Virus record (IMG/VR): IMGVR_UViG_3300045988_103765 | Length of the DNA stretch: 64,000 nt | Source of the DNA: a virus | Direction: 5' to 3' (one strand) | Shown: piece after piece, positions 18,839 through 28,956 of the stretch | How positions within the stretch are numbered: the stretch's first letter is position 1 | Layout: every line of letters starts with the position of its first letter | Notes under the pieces: model-generated | Database searches by the model: none | Seen by the model: the letters and a program-made list of their open reading frames with translations, nothing else | Told to the model about the DNA's origin: nothing | Translations under genes and position numbers: made by a program

Positions 18839-18858
18839 CTTTAAATAAATGTCATAAA

Positions 18859-20388
18859 ATGATAACGAGAAAAAACATTGATTGGTATTTGTCAGAACCA
18901 ACGCGACTGTTGTTGAAGAAGCCTTTTACGAGAGGTGGAAAATTTCAGTCGTGCAAAACTTATATTGGTGATGTTACACTTAACCAAAAAACAACTGCCC
19001 AGTTGAGCGACTTGACATTGCGAGAGGTTTCACAAGACCTCTATCTGAGAGAGTACGACCCTTCTCTACACAATATAAAGTATAATAATTCAATTCCTAA
19101 GATTGCAGTCAGAGTTGGAGATACTGATATAGTCATAGATGAACTTGTGCTGACAGTTTCTTTGCAAAAGAATATTCATGCGGCACATGTTCTTCATCTT
19201 ACTGCTAATCCTATTTCTTTTAATCTCTGTAATATAGAGAAGAACGATACCATCAGCAAGAAGTTTCAGAATTTCAAGCTGGAATGGAATATGAGAAATA
19301 TGGAGCAAATCAAGTACGAACTAATATCCAAGCAAAAGAAAGTTGGCGATGCTGGCGTACTATTCAAATATGACCCTATAAAGAAAAAGGGAACAGTTAA
19401 AGTCTATTCCTATGATGATGGATATTCAGTCATACCTAACTATAATGAATATGGAGAAGAAATTTCACGCTCCTTGTTTTATAAGATAGATGATTTGACA
19501 GAAGTCATTGATACATTTGATGATAAGTACCTTTATCGTTCAATACGAAGCAAAGAAGGAGAACCTACCAATAATGGATGGGTTACTGAAAGGATTCTTC
19601 ATGGGTTTAGCCGTAATCCTCTTGTCTACCATAGAGGCAAAGTAGCTTGGGAATATTCTCAAAGTATAATTGAGATAATTGAATTGCTTACAAATATACA
19701 TGCTGTGACATTAAAGCGGTTTGGTACTTGGGGATTAGTCTTAAAAGGGGAAATGAATGAAGACAGTTTCAAGCGAGATAACGGCACATTAGTTATCAAT
19801 CTCCCGGCAGACGAAGGTTCAAGCTACAAGACAGAAGCAAAGACTTTGGAGTTTCCAGAGCCGGAAAGTATGATTGCTTATCTGGAATATTTGCTGGAAC
19901 AAGTTTCAATCGCTTCATCTGTCAGCTTTATCACTCCAAAGGATATCACTAATACTGGAAGCGGTGGCAACGGCATTGCATTGTCTATGCGTAATGATAT
20001 TGCACTGGCTACTCAAAGTGTTGCTGATTGGTCTGATTCTATCAATGAGATAACCTATCTCTTCCAAGAGATGTTAGGATTGGAAGAAGACCAGACGAAT
20101 GCTTATACAGATTTGAAAATTAAAGCCAAACTGAATATTTGGAGCATGGAAACCAACAATACTAAGATTACCAACTTAGCTATGGAATCTAAATGGATTT
20201 CCCGACAAACATTGATTGAAGAATCTCCGTCTTCTGCACCGGATGAACTTGACCGAGTAGAAAAAGAGAAAAAGCAAGAAGAAGAAGATGCTATCAAGCA
20301 AGCTGAAAAAGCTGAACGGATAAGCAAGAACAACAATACAGAGATTATCGAAACTTCTAATAAAACTACTTACAGTAGCAACGTTTAA
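18859..20388 (+). CDS. portal protein
   Basis: 509 aa with an acidic C-terminus. It would immediately follow terL if the IS were absent. Confidence 0.7.
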   Translation: MITRKNIDWYLSEPTRLLLKKPFTRGGKFQSCKTYIGDVTLNQKTTAQLSDLTLREVSQDLYLREYDPSLHNIKYNNSIPKIAVRVGDTDIVIDELVLTVSLQKNIHAAHVLHLTANPISFNLCNIEKNDTISKKFQNFKLEWNMRNMEQIKYELISKQKKVGDAGVLFKYDPIKKKGTVKVYSYDDGYSVIPNYNEYGEEISRSLFYKIDDLTEVIDTFDDKYLYRSIRSKEGEPTNNGWVTERILHGFSRNPLVYHRGKVAWEYSQSIIEIIELLTNIHAVTLKRFGTWGLVLKGEMNEDSFKRDNGTLVINLPADEGSSYKTEAKTLEFPEPESMIAYLEYLLEQVSIASSVSFITPKDITNTGSGGNGIALSMRNDIALATQSVADWSDSINEITYLFQEMLGLEEDQTNAYTDLKIKAKLNIWSMETNNTKITNLAMESKWISRQTLIEESPSSAPDELDRVEKEKKQEEEDAIKQAEKAERISKNNNTEIIETSNKTTYSSNV

Positions 20389-20400
20389 GATAACAATATC

Positions 20401-20793
20401 ATGGATTGGACGCAGATTTTAGTATCAATACTTGGAGGAGGAGGTTTCTTAGGTGGAATAGTTTCACTTGTAAATATGAAACCTTCTCGCAAGAAAGCGA
20501 TGGCAGAGGCTCGGACAGTTGAGATTACGAACCTTGAAAAGTCAATATCAATAATGGAGAAAAGCTACAGTAACATACAGACGTATGTGAACAAGGAAGT
20601 AACCCGTATTGAAAACGACCTTTCAGAACTGAAAAAAAAGTATGAAGAAAAAGTTATCTCTATACGGCAAGCATACATTTGCAAAGTACCAAGCGAAGAA
20701 TGTCCGGTGCTGTTAAAGCAAGCAAAGTTTGATATGGCACATGAATGTGAAGAATGTAGAGGCTGTGAAAAGAATGAAAAGAAGGAGGACTGA
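20401..20793 (+). CDS. holin-like membrane protein
   Basis: One N-terminal TM segment (ILVSILGGGGFLGGIVSLV), a coiled coil and a Cys-rich tail. Sits directly upstream of the endolysin. Confidence 0.35.
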   Translation: MDWTQILVSILGGGGFLGGIVSLVNMKPSRKKAMAEARTVEITNLEKSISIMEKSYSNIQTYVNKEVTRIENDLSELKKKYEEKVISIRQAYICKVPSEECPVLLKQAKFDMAHECEECRGCEKNEKKED

Positions 20794-20795
20794 TT

Positions 20796-21236
20796 ATGAA
20801 TATAAAGAACTATTTCAATATCAAAGAGCTTGTTTGCAAGCATGTATATAACAAGTTTGGAGAAATGGCTTGGACGTTTTTTGACCCACGGCTGCTTGAA
20901 ACAATGTGTGTCATACGAGAAAAGCTTGGCAAGCCTATAACTGTCAATACTTGGCATTCGGGAGGAAGTCTGACACAAAGAGGACTGCGCTGTAATGTGT
21001 GCCAATTAGTAGCTGAAAAGACCCGATTGGAGAAGGTATATGTATCTGCACATCTGCAAGGAACTGCACTGGACTTTGATGTGAAGGGAATGACCGCCTT
21101 GGAAGTTCGTAATTGGATTAAGGCAAATCAGATACTTCTTCCTTATCCGGTACGCTTGGAACAAGATGTCACTTGGGTACACTTAGATGTACGTACTGAT
21201 GGAAGTAATGGCAAAGTAACCTATTTCAAAGGATGA
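20796..21236 (+). CDS. endolysin, peptidase M15 (D-Ala-D-Ala carboxypeptidase/VanY-like) family
   Basis: Zn-ligand pattern SAHLQGTALDFD ... WVHLD. 146 aa. Confidence 0.7.
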   Translation: MNIKNYFNIKELVCKHVYNKFGEMAWTFFDPRLLETMCVIREKLGKPITVNTWHSGGSLTQRGLRCNVCQLVAEKTRLEKVYVSAHLQGTALDFDVKGMTALEVRNWIKANQILLPYPVRLEQDVTWVHLDVRTDGSNGKVTYFKG

Positions 21237-21616
21237 AAAAGGTTCTTCTCCTAATAATCCTTTTGCCTCTTTTGTTTTCATGCCGAACTGCAAAAGACTT
21301 GGAGAAAAATACAGAAATAAAAGAGATTATCAAAGAACGGCATGACACTTTAATGGTACACACAAGAGATAGTATCTATTTTTCTGTTATTCAAAAAGGC
21401 GATACTGTTTTTAATACTAAGTATATTGAAAAAATCAAGTACATAGACAGAACAGTCATACAGAATGATACTATATATCAAGAGAAAGAAGTCATTAAGG
21501 AGAAAGAAGTCATTAAGAAGCATGTTCCATCATGGTGCTGGTGGCTTTTACTAATTAATGCAGCAATCATAGGAATAATCGGAATTAAATACTACGTAAA
21601 ATGGCGAACGAAGTAA
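21233..21616 (+). CDS. unimolecular spanin (u-spanin)
   Basis: N-terminal lipoprotein signal with lipobox LFSC, plus a C-terminal TM segment (WCWWLLLINAAIIGIIGI). Overlaps the endolysin stop. Confidence 0.55.
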   Translation: MKKVLLLIILLPLLFSCRTAKDLEKNTEIKEIIKERHDTLMVHTRDSIYFSVIQKGDTVFNTKYIEKIKYIDRTVIQNDTIYQEKEVIKEKEVIKKHVPSWCWWLLLINAAIIGIIGIKYYVKWRTK

Positions 21617-24600
21617 ACCCTATACTGAATATATACAATGAAGATGGCACTCCCTTCCACGACATCAGTTTGAGAAAACACACTTTCTCAACTATTGTTA
21701 TGTCGTTAAATGACAAGATAGAAGGAGAGTTTTATTATAAAGACAATTCACTTTCGTTTACTCTGCAAGAATATGTAGAGTATAAAGGAATAAAGTACAT
21801 TCTTAAAAATCCTCCCGTAGTTGTTAGAAAAGGAATGACTTCGGAAAACAGCGAGGCAAAGGGAATGACTAAATATAGTTGTACTTTCTACCATGAAATG
21901 ATTGAATTGTACAACATTCCCTTTACTGACATTGCTATTAGTAGCAGTGAGGAAAGTTATCGCAGCGAAAAACGGACTTTCTCGTGGATTGGTACATTAA
22001 GCATGTTCGTTCAAAAAATCAACTCATGTCTTGTCGGAACTAAATGGACTTGCAAGTTACAGCCAACATTTGTAGATGATGGGACAATGAGTGATGTGTT
22101 ATCATTCAGCAATCAATTTATTTCAGACGTTTGCAAGACTGCATACGAAACATGGAAAGTCCCATTTGTAGTTGATGGATATACTATTTGGTTTGGCAAG
22201 CCATCTAAGGAAATACTCGACGATGAAAACAAGCCATACATATTCAAATTCGGACAAGGTGTAGGACTGAAAAACAACGATTGCACACCAAAGAATAATA
22301 AGGTCATTACTCGTATTGCTGGATATGGTAGCAACATTAATATTCCGTATGGCTATCCTATAATTACAGATGCAGACGGAAATCGCATTGAGCACCCATA
22401 TACTCGTGACACGTTAATGCCATCAGTATATGTAGAGGCAGTTAGAAATAAAGTCTTGTTTGGTTCTAAAAAACCTCTTATTGACTACTATGACGCAGAT
22501 AGCAGCTATCCTACTCCTATCAATCCTCTTGCACCAGTATTCCATATCCAAGAATTTTCCAGCATACAACCTACTATTGAAGGTATGACATACAAGGGAC
22601 AAGCTATTGACTTGTTCAAAGAAGTAATAGTACCAGAAGGTGGCTGGGATGATTATATTGACCCCGAAACGGGAGAGGTTAGACAGTCGTATTTTGATGT
22701 GACGCTTTATCCTCTTGGCTTTGACTTATATGCACAAGCAGCAGTTACAAGTGGAATGACCTTCTCCATGAAGTCCGGTGACACATTAGGAGCTAACTAC
22801 GAGGTAGCAGTAGATTGGGAAGATGTAAAAAAGAACTTCTATGTAACTGATGAAGCTGGAAACATTGTATTCAAACCAAATGGAGAACAGAGGGACTATG
22901 CTAAATATCCAGACAGTACAGACCAAGCTATTACTATTAAACTGACAAAGGACTTAGATACATTTGGTACGATAATGCCAAGCAAGTTCCAGCAAGTTAA
23001 AACTGGCGACAAGTTTGTCATATTGCACATTGAAATGCCACAAGCATATATAGACAAGGCACAAGAACGTTTGGACGTCGCCATGAAAAGATATATGCTT
23101 GAAAATAATATGCCTTTGTATGACTATCCTTTGAGCTTCGACGAACACTTCTTGGAAACAAACCAAGCAATTCTTGCGCAGATTAAGCCTAATACTATTG
23201 TCAGATTCTTGTATAAAGACAATGAGGACGCTATGGAATTATCCGTAAAGGAAATGTCAATCCAATATGGTACAAATCCCCTTCCTACTTATAATATTAC
23301 CTTAACGGACGAAGTGTCTATTGTACTGAATCAGATAGGACAGATAGCTGATGGACTTAGCAAGTTAGGAAGCCAAGTAGCACAGTTACAAGCTATTTAT
23401 GGACTTGACATTGTAGGCGAACTGAACAAAAAACTCAGCAGAGTTAAAGATGATACCGCACAAGGAATGATAACTTTCTTGCGTGGATTGAAAGTCGGTA
23501 GCTATGTGACCGGAAGTACGGGCGGTATATTCTATGCAGATACAGACGGAAAATCACATGCAGAGCTTGATTATCTGACAGTAAGAATGAAAGCCATGTT
23601 CTATGCTTTGGAGATTATCAAGACCGGAGTTATCGGAGGTCGCCAAATGATTACTCCCGGTGGTGCAATCGAATGTATCAAGATAGAAGATAGAAATGAT
23701 ATACTTGACGAAGAAGGTAACAAGACTGGCGAGAATGTTTGGGACTATTGGAGATGTTACTTCTATCAAGATGATGGTACAGAAGCGTTAGATAATCGTT
23801 TCCGCGCTGGGGATATGGCTTTAGCACAAGACTTCAATATTAAGGAGGGAGTTTATGAGAATGTGTCAAATCATTACTTCTGGCGTTTAGTCGTAAACGT
23901 AGGAACTAATTACATTGACATCTCAAAAACTGATGCTGATGCAGCCAGTGATGCACCACGAGTAGGAGATACCATTTGCCAATTAGGTAATAAGACCTTT
24001 GTTGATGCAAATGGTGTTACTCATGTAGAGGACAAGACAAGACAGAATGCAATTATCTTTAGTGCAGTTGACACTTTCTCACCAAGTATGACTTTATATG
24101 CTGGCATAAACAGCTATTCATACCTCAACAAAGAGTATGTGTCCTATGGTGTTGATAAGACCACAAATCTCGCTTATATGAACGTCTATGGCAACTCTTA
24201 TATCGGAGCAAGAGATAAGAGCAGCTATATGAAGTTTGATACGGTAACTGGTGTTGAGATAAAAGGTAAACTTGTAACTAAATCCGGCAAAGACGTTGAG
24301 GAAACATTCAACAGCTTTCAAGACCAGATAGATGGAGTAAAGGAAACTTGGTACGGAGAATATACACCAACTCTTACTAATCAGCCAGCAGTTGATTGGA
24401 ACACAGAAGCTTTGAAAAAACGGCATGAAGGTGATGTATTTACCAATATCCAAGAATATGTCGATGATGAAACTACTCCCGATGCAGGCAAATCATGGAG
24501 ATGGGTAAAGACGGGAGATACATGGGGATGGAAGCAGATTGCAGATAATGACACTTCAAAGGCTTATCTTGAAGCAGCTAAAGCTCAAAAGGCAGCAGAA

Positions 24601-27600
24601 GAAGCTAAGAAAGAAGCCAATGACGCAAAGCAGACTGTAACCAATATGAAAGACTTCACAGACGAAGCCTTTAAAGACGGTATTGTTGACAGACAAGAAG
24701 CTGCTGCGATTGAGAAATATTTGAACTCAATTAAATCAATACAGAAGAGCGTAGCTGAATCTTATTCTAAGGTTTATGGTAATCCTTTATTGTCCGGTAC
24801 TGCTAAGGTAGAACTAAAAACCGCTTATGATGGATTTAATGTGGCAACTACCGAGCTTATTACTGCTATTGATGATGCCATAGCTGACGGAGTAGCTACC
24901 TCAACGGAAGTCGCTTTGGTAGATGGTAGGTACGACACCTTCAATACCAAATATGGAGATTTTATAGCTTATTTGAATGCAGCCAACAACTTTATCCAAG
25001 ACAAAATAAACACTTCCGCAGAAGATGCGAAGAAAGCTGCGGAAGAGGCTCAAAAGGCGGCAGATGCAGCTAAAGCAGAAGCGGAAGCAGCAAAACAAAG
25101 ATTGGATAAGTGGGCAGAAGATGGAGTTATATCTCCTACTGAAAAACAATCAATCAAAGACGAGATAGTCCGCATAGACGCTGATAAGACTAATATTACA
25201 GCAGGATATACTTTGTATTCATTGGGTAGCCCTACGGGTTATCTGAATGCTCATAGCAATTATCGTGCAGTGTTGGTTACATTATCTGCTTCTACTCCCG
25301 AAAATATAACTATACCTTCTGACTTCGCTTCAAAGCAATCTGCGTACTACAATCAACGAACGGCAGCTTTGAATGCCATCAGTGACGCAGCTAAGGCGGC
25401 AGTAGATACCGTTAAAAAAGACTTGGCTGGTTATGAATATCTAAAGAAAGCGTGGAAAGAGAGTACCACAATCGAAGGTGGTGTTATTCAGAATGCGTTA
25501 AACATGCTGGGATATACTGACCCGGTAGCTGGATTTAAAGTAATGTCCGGTATGAATGGTGTCTATGATGCTACTAAGGTCGGTGGAGGTATTGCTTCTT
25601 GGTATGGAGGTTCTATGAAGGATAGAGCAGATTATACAGAAGCAAACATGCCATCAGATGTAGCAAAGGCTATCATTCGTATGGATGGCTCTGGCTACCT
25701 TGCAAGCGGTGCTGTATGGTGGGGGACTGATGGTGTTTTCCATGCTGACCCACAATCATTCATCATCAAAAAAAATCAGCTTGGCGACTATGTTTCTCTA
25801 TTCCAGATTGTATATCGTTCTGGAACTCCGAAGACTATTAGCTACATGATACCACAATATCCAATGCAGAAATTGACAGTTTCCGACTACATCGAAATAG
25901 GAACAACTGGGTATCGCATTGGAGTGGATAGTGCCAATAATGCTATTAAAGTCTACAAAGAAGATGGCTCGGCTGTTAACTTCTACGCAAGCGGTGCTGT
26001 ATCTGCAAAAGGTATCAGTTCCGGTAGTGGCGGTGGAGGAGGCGGTCTTATTGACACCGTTTATGGATATTCAAGTTTAGGTGGCACTTTTGCTGATTCA
26101 ACATTATCAGACACCTTTAACGCATACACTATCAACAAGTTGGCAAGTAGAATTACTGAACTTGAAAAGAATGGTGGTGGAGGTACTGGCATTGCTGGTA
26201 TCAAAGTTAACGACCAAACTTATGCGCCAGACACAAGCAAGTATATTACGCTCCCAAACTACCCTTCCACTACTATTACTGGAACGGGAAATGTCCTTAC
26301 CAACGCTACTTATGACAATAGTACGCGAGTACTGACATTAACTAAAGGCAATATTGCTACTACCGCCAACCATTTAGAGAGATATGCTCAAATAACCTCT
26401 ACTGCGATAGATACTGTATCTACATTTACAGCATCTAAGACATCTGTATGGGAGGCAAATGGTACTGCATATGGAACTACTGGTGCTAATGATACTGTAT
26501 TAAACATTGGTTCTGCGGCAAATAGGTTATTCCAATTAAGAGCAGCCTATAATTCTGATGATTTTTACTTTAGAGGTGTTGGTGCAAGTTCTTTCAGAAC
26601 TTGGTATAAAGTTCTGCACGAAGGTAACTACGCCTCTGCCTTAGATAGTAAATATCTGAAACTTTCTGGTGGAACATTGACGGGAGTACTAACTGTTGGA
26701 GATACTTCAACTATTGCAGAAGTAGTTACAATTAAAACAAGGAATGTAAATGGAAATCATATTCAATTTGTAAGTAATACAATACCTACAGCTGAAGTAG
26801 GATATCTTACGTCTTTTGGAGCTTACCTATACAATGATAAACTTGATAGCCATCCTACATTATGTTTAGGATTAGCTGATAATTTAAGAGATGCTATAAT
26901 ATACAGATATGCAGGAGTTAATTATAATGTATGGCATTCCGGAAGTCTTAAACCATACCAATTCACTAATTGGGCTGATACAAAAAGCGTAAATCATGTG
27001 CCTAATGACTATGATAGTTTATTTATTATGAGAGGCATTAAGAATTTAACTACTATTGGGCTTTCCGGTGGTGGAGTTTATGCAACTGTATGGGGTTGGA
27101 GAGGATGGCTGGATAGAACTGGAGGGCATGCTTGGGAAATAGCTTCAACTAATGAAGATTTATATACTCGTCACGGAGAAACTACTTCTTGGACTTCGTG
27201 GGCAAAGATACTTAATAGCTCCAATTATCAAAACTATCCAAATACAAAAGTAGGAATTAGCGACTTTTGGTTATACCCAGAACATAGTAATGAGATTAAC
27301 TTTGGAGGCACATATACAGGTAGTAATCATATCTACTTTGGATATCGTTCAAAAGATAATAGACCAAGAACTACTGAATATCATTTTGGGCAAAATGATG
27401 CAAGTTTACATGGGGAATATTTCCAGTCATATATACCTACTGGCACACAGCCGTTTCAGTGTGTATCTACTACTACGTGCACGAATTTGAATGCGGATAT
27501 GGTAGACGGATATCATTCTAATGATTTAACTAAAAGGGTGTTTATCGCTGGAATATCCGGAGGTGCAGGTTCTAAATGGATAAGAATTGGTGTTTTAAAA

Positions 27601-28956
27601 TATCCGGGTACAGGTGATTCTAACACTGTAATGATAACTATATCGAATTCTTATTCATATTCAATGAATAGGTCTGTAACTTTTATAATATCATTGACAC
27701 ATCATGAAAGTAAACCTATAATAACACAATTGAATGGTTATCCTGATCTATTTAAAGCAGTAAGAATTTTAGCTCCCAAAGACAGTAATGGAAGTTATAC
27801 ATATGGTGATAGATATGTAGACATATCCTATTCTACTTCAGCTGCAAGTGAAGCATCCAATACTATTTATTTAACTGCTATAAATCTTAATTATAAGGAT
27901 TCGTATCATTTTATTCCAAATAAAAACTTTGTAGATGGAACAACTATTCCTTCTAATTATGGTGAAATATGGAATTTTCCTTTTACTACTGGCTTAGGTA
28001 GTAATGCTAATATATATTCACAAAATGGTTTGATTGAGGGAGGGACTTTAAAACTAAGTTCTACAAGTACTTTTGCTGGTAAAGCTACATTCAACGGAGG
28101 GCTATCTGGAACATTGACGGGTTCTCTAAGTGGTAATGCTACAACCGCTACAACCTTACAGACTTCACGTACAATAAATGGTACATCGTTCAACGGTTCA
28201 GCTAATATTACAACTTCTTATTGGGGAACTACAAGAACGATTTGGGGACAGTCAGTAAACGGGTCGGCAAATGTCAGTGGAGCTATGACTGGGGTTACAA
28301 GCATTACTGCAACTGGTCTTATAAGAACTTCAAATCTGTTCTCTGCTGGCGATGGAGGAAGCGATAATGCGTATGGTTATTATAACTGTACTCGTCCCAA
28401 TACAGCTAATACCGGATATGTATGCTATGCAATGGTTAGAAGTGGTACTATAGCAATGGGACTTGGATATTATAATAATGAAATTGTTTTAGGTAATGCA
28501 GGTACTTCAAGACAATTTAATGAAAAATGGTTACAAATAAGTGGTTCCAGATTACTAATTAATGGCAATATAGAGGCAACTGGCGCAGTTACAGCCAAGT
28601 CTTCCTCTTCTGACATAAGATTGAAGAAAAATATCAAAGAATACAATGCTTTGGATATTATTCACAAGTTAAAGTCAGTGAAGTATTACTGGAATGATAC
28701 CGCAAAAGCAAACTCTCCAATCTTTAATGACAATGAGGAGCATTACGGACTTATTGCACAAGACTTGCTAATAAATGGATATAGCCAATGGGTAAGTAAC
28801 TGTTTTAAAGATTATTATGTAATACAATACGAACGTTTAATACCCGTATTATGGCGAGGTATTCAGCAAGTAGATAATGAGGTAGCTACCCTCAAAAAGA
28901 AGATAGCTACCTTAGAAAAAGAACTTAGTTCTGTAAAGAGGCAACTAAGCCTTTAA
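21601..28956 (+). CDS. tail fibre / host-specificity protein (2451 aa) with C-terminal S74-type intramolecular chaperone
   Basis: Contains fibre motifs (TLQTSRTINGTSFNGSANI), coiled coils (KAAEEAKKEA), a poly-Gly linker, and a C-terminal SSSSDIRLKKNI...HYGLIAQDL segment typical of the auto-cleaving chaperone. Confidence 0.85.
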   Translation: MANEVNPILNIYNEDGTPFHDISLRKHTFSTIVMSLNDKIEGEFYYKDNSLSFTLQEYVEYKGIKYILKNPPVVVRKGMTSENSEAKGMTKYSCTFYHEMIELYNIPFTDIAISSSEESYRSEKRTFSWIGTLSMFVQKINSCLVGTKWTCKLQPTFVDDGTMSDVLSFSNQFISDVCKTAYETWKVPFVVDGYTIWFGKPSKEILDDENKPYIFKFGQGVGLKNNDCTPKNNKVITRIAGYGSNINIPYGYPIITDADGNRIEHPYTRDTLMPSVYVEAVRNKVLFGSKKPLIDYYDADSSYPTPINPLAPVFHIQEFSSIQPTIEGMTYKGQAIDLFKEVIVPEGGWDDYIDPETGEVRQSYFDVTLYPLGFDLYAQAAVTSGMTFSMKSGDTLGANYEVAVDWEDVKKNFYVTDEAGNIVFKPNGEQRDYAKYPDSTDQAITIKLTKDLDTFGTIMPSKFQQVKTGDKFVILHIEMPQAYIDKAQERLDVAMKRYMLENNMPLYDYPLSFDEHFLETNQAILAQIKPNTIVRFLYKDNEDAMELSVKEMSIQYGTNPLPTYNITLTDEVSIVLNQIGQIADGLSKLGSQVAQLQAIYGLDIVGELNKKLSRVKDDTAQGMITFLRGLKVGSYVTGSTGGIFYADTDGKSHAELDYLTVRMKAMFYALEIIKTGVIGGRQMITPGGAIECIKIEDRNDILDEEGNKTGENVWDYWRCYFYQDDGTEALDNRFRAGDMALAQDFNIKEGVYENVSNHYFWRLVVNVGTNYIDISKTDADAASDAPRVGDTICQLGNKTFVDANGVTHVEDKTRQNAIIFSAVDTFSPSMTLYAGINSYSYLNKEYVSYGVDKTTNLAYMNVYGNSYIGARDKSSYMKFDTVTGVEIKGKLVTKSGKDVEETFNSFQDQIDGVKETWYGEYTPTLTNQPAVDWNTEALKKRHEGDVFTNIQEYVDDETTPDAGKSWRWVKTGDTWGWKQIADNDTSKAYLEAAKAQKAAEEAKKEANDAKQTVTNMKDFTDEAFKDGIVDRQEAAAIEKYLNSIKSIQKSVAESYSKVYGNPLLSGTAKVELKTAYDGFNVATTELITAIDDAIADGVATSTEVALVDGRYDTFNTKYGDFIAYLNAANNFIQDKINTSAEDAKKAAEEAQKAADAAKAEAEAAKQRLDKWAEDGVISPTEKQSIKDEIVRIDADKTNITAGYTLYSLGSPTGYLNAHSNYRAVLVTLSASTPENITIPSDFASKQSAYYNQRTAALNAISDAAKAAVDTVKKDLAGYEYLKKAWKESTTIEGGVIQNALNMLGYTDPVAGFKVMSGMNGVYDATKVGGGIASWYGGSMKDRADYTEANMPSDVAKAIIRMDGSGYLASGAVWWGTDGVFHADPQSFIIKKNQLGDYVSLFQIVYRSGTPKTISYMIPQYPMQKLTVSDYIEIGTTGYRIGVDSANNAIKVYKEDGSAVNFYASGAVSAKGISSGSGGGGGGLIDTVYGYSSLGGTFADSTLSDTFNAYTINKLASRITELEKNGGGGTGIAGIKVNDQTYAPDTSKYITLPNYPSTTITGTGNVLTNATYDNSTRVLTLTKGNIATTANHLERYAQITSTAIDTVSTFTASKTSVWEANGTAYGTTGANDTVLNIGSAANRLFQLRAAYNSDDFYFRGVGASSFRTWYKVLHEGNYASALDSKYLKLSGGTLTGVLTVGDTSTIAEVVTIKTRNVNGNHIQFVSNTIPTAEVGYLTSFGAYLYNDKLDSHPTLCLGLADNLRDAIIYRYAGVNYNVWHSGSLKPYQFTNWADTKSVNHVPNDYDSLFIMRGIKNLTTIGLSGGGVYATVWGWRGWLDRTGGHAWEIASTNEDLYTRHGETTSWTSWAKILNSSNYQNYPNTKVGISDFWLYPEHSNEINFGGTYTGSNHIYFGYRSKDNRPRTTEYHFGQNDASLHGEYFQSYIPTGTQPFQCVSTTTCTNLNADMVDGYHSNDLTKRVFIAGISGGAGSKWIRIGVLKYPGTGDSNTVMITISNSYSYSMNRSVTFIISLTHHESKPIITQLNGYPDLFKAVRILAPKDSNGSYTYGDRYVDISYSTSAASEASNTIYLTAINLNYKDSYHFIPNKNFVDGTTIPSNYGEIWNFPFTTGLGSNANIYSQNGLIEGGTLKLSSTSTFAGKATFNGGLSGTLTGSLSGNATTATTLQTSRTINGTSFNGSANITTSYWGTTRTIWGQSVNGSANVSGAMTGVTSITATGLIRTSNLFSAGDGGSDNAYGYYNCTRPNTANTGYVCYAMVRSGTIAMGLGYYNNEIVLGNAGTSRQFNEKWLQISGSRLLINGNIEATGAVTAKSSSSDIRLKKNIKEYNALDIIHKLKSVKYYWNDTAKANSPIFNDNEEHYGLIAQDLLINGYSQWVSNCFKDYYVIQYERLIPVLWRGIQQVDNEVATLKKKIATLEKELSSVKRQLSL
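28057..28075 (+). repeat. inverted repeat, left arm (AGTTCTACAAGTACTTTTG), inside the fibre gene
   Basis: A perfect 19-nt inverted match to 29944..29962. It is in codon phase and encodes SSTSTF. Confidence 0.9.

Larger units (their letters stand above)
17613..18858 (+). mobile_element. IS200/IS605-family insertion carrying only tnpB, between terL and portal
   Basis: A 1.25-kb segment with its own -7 box fills exactly the terL-portal junction. No tnpA is present. Confidence 0.6.
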
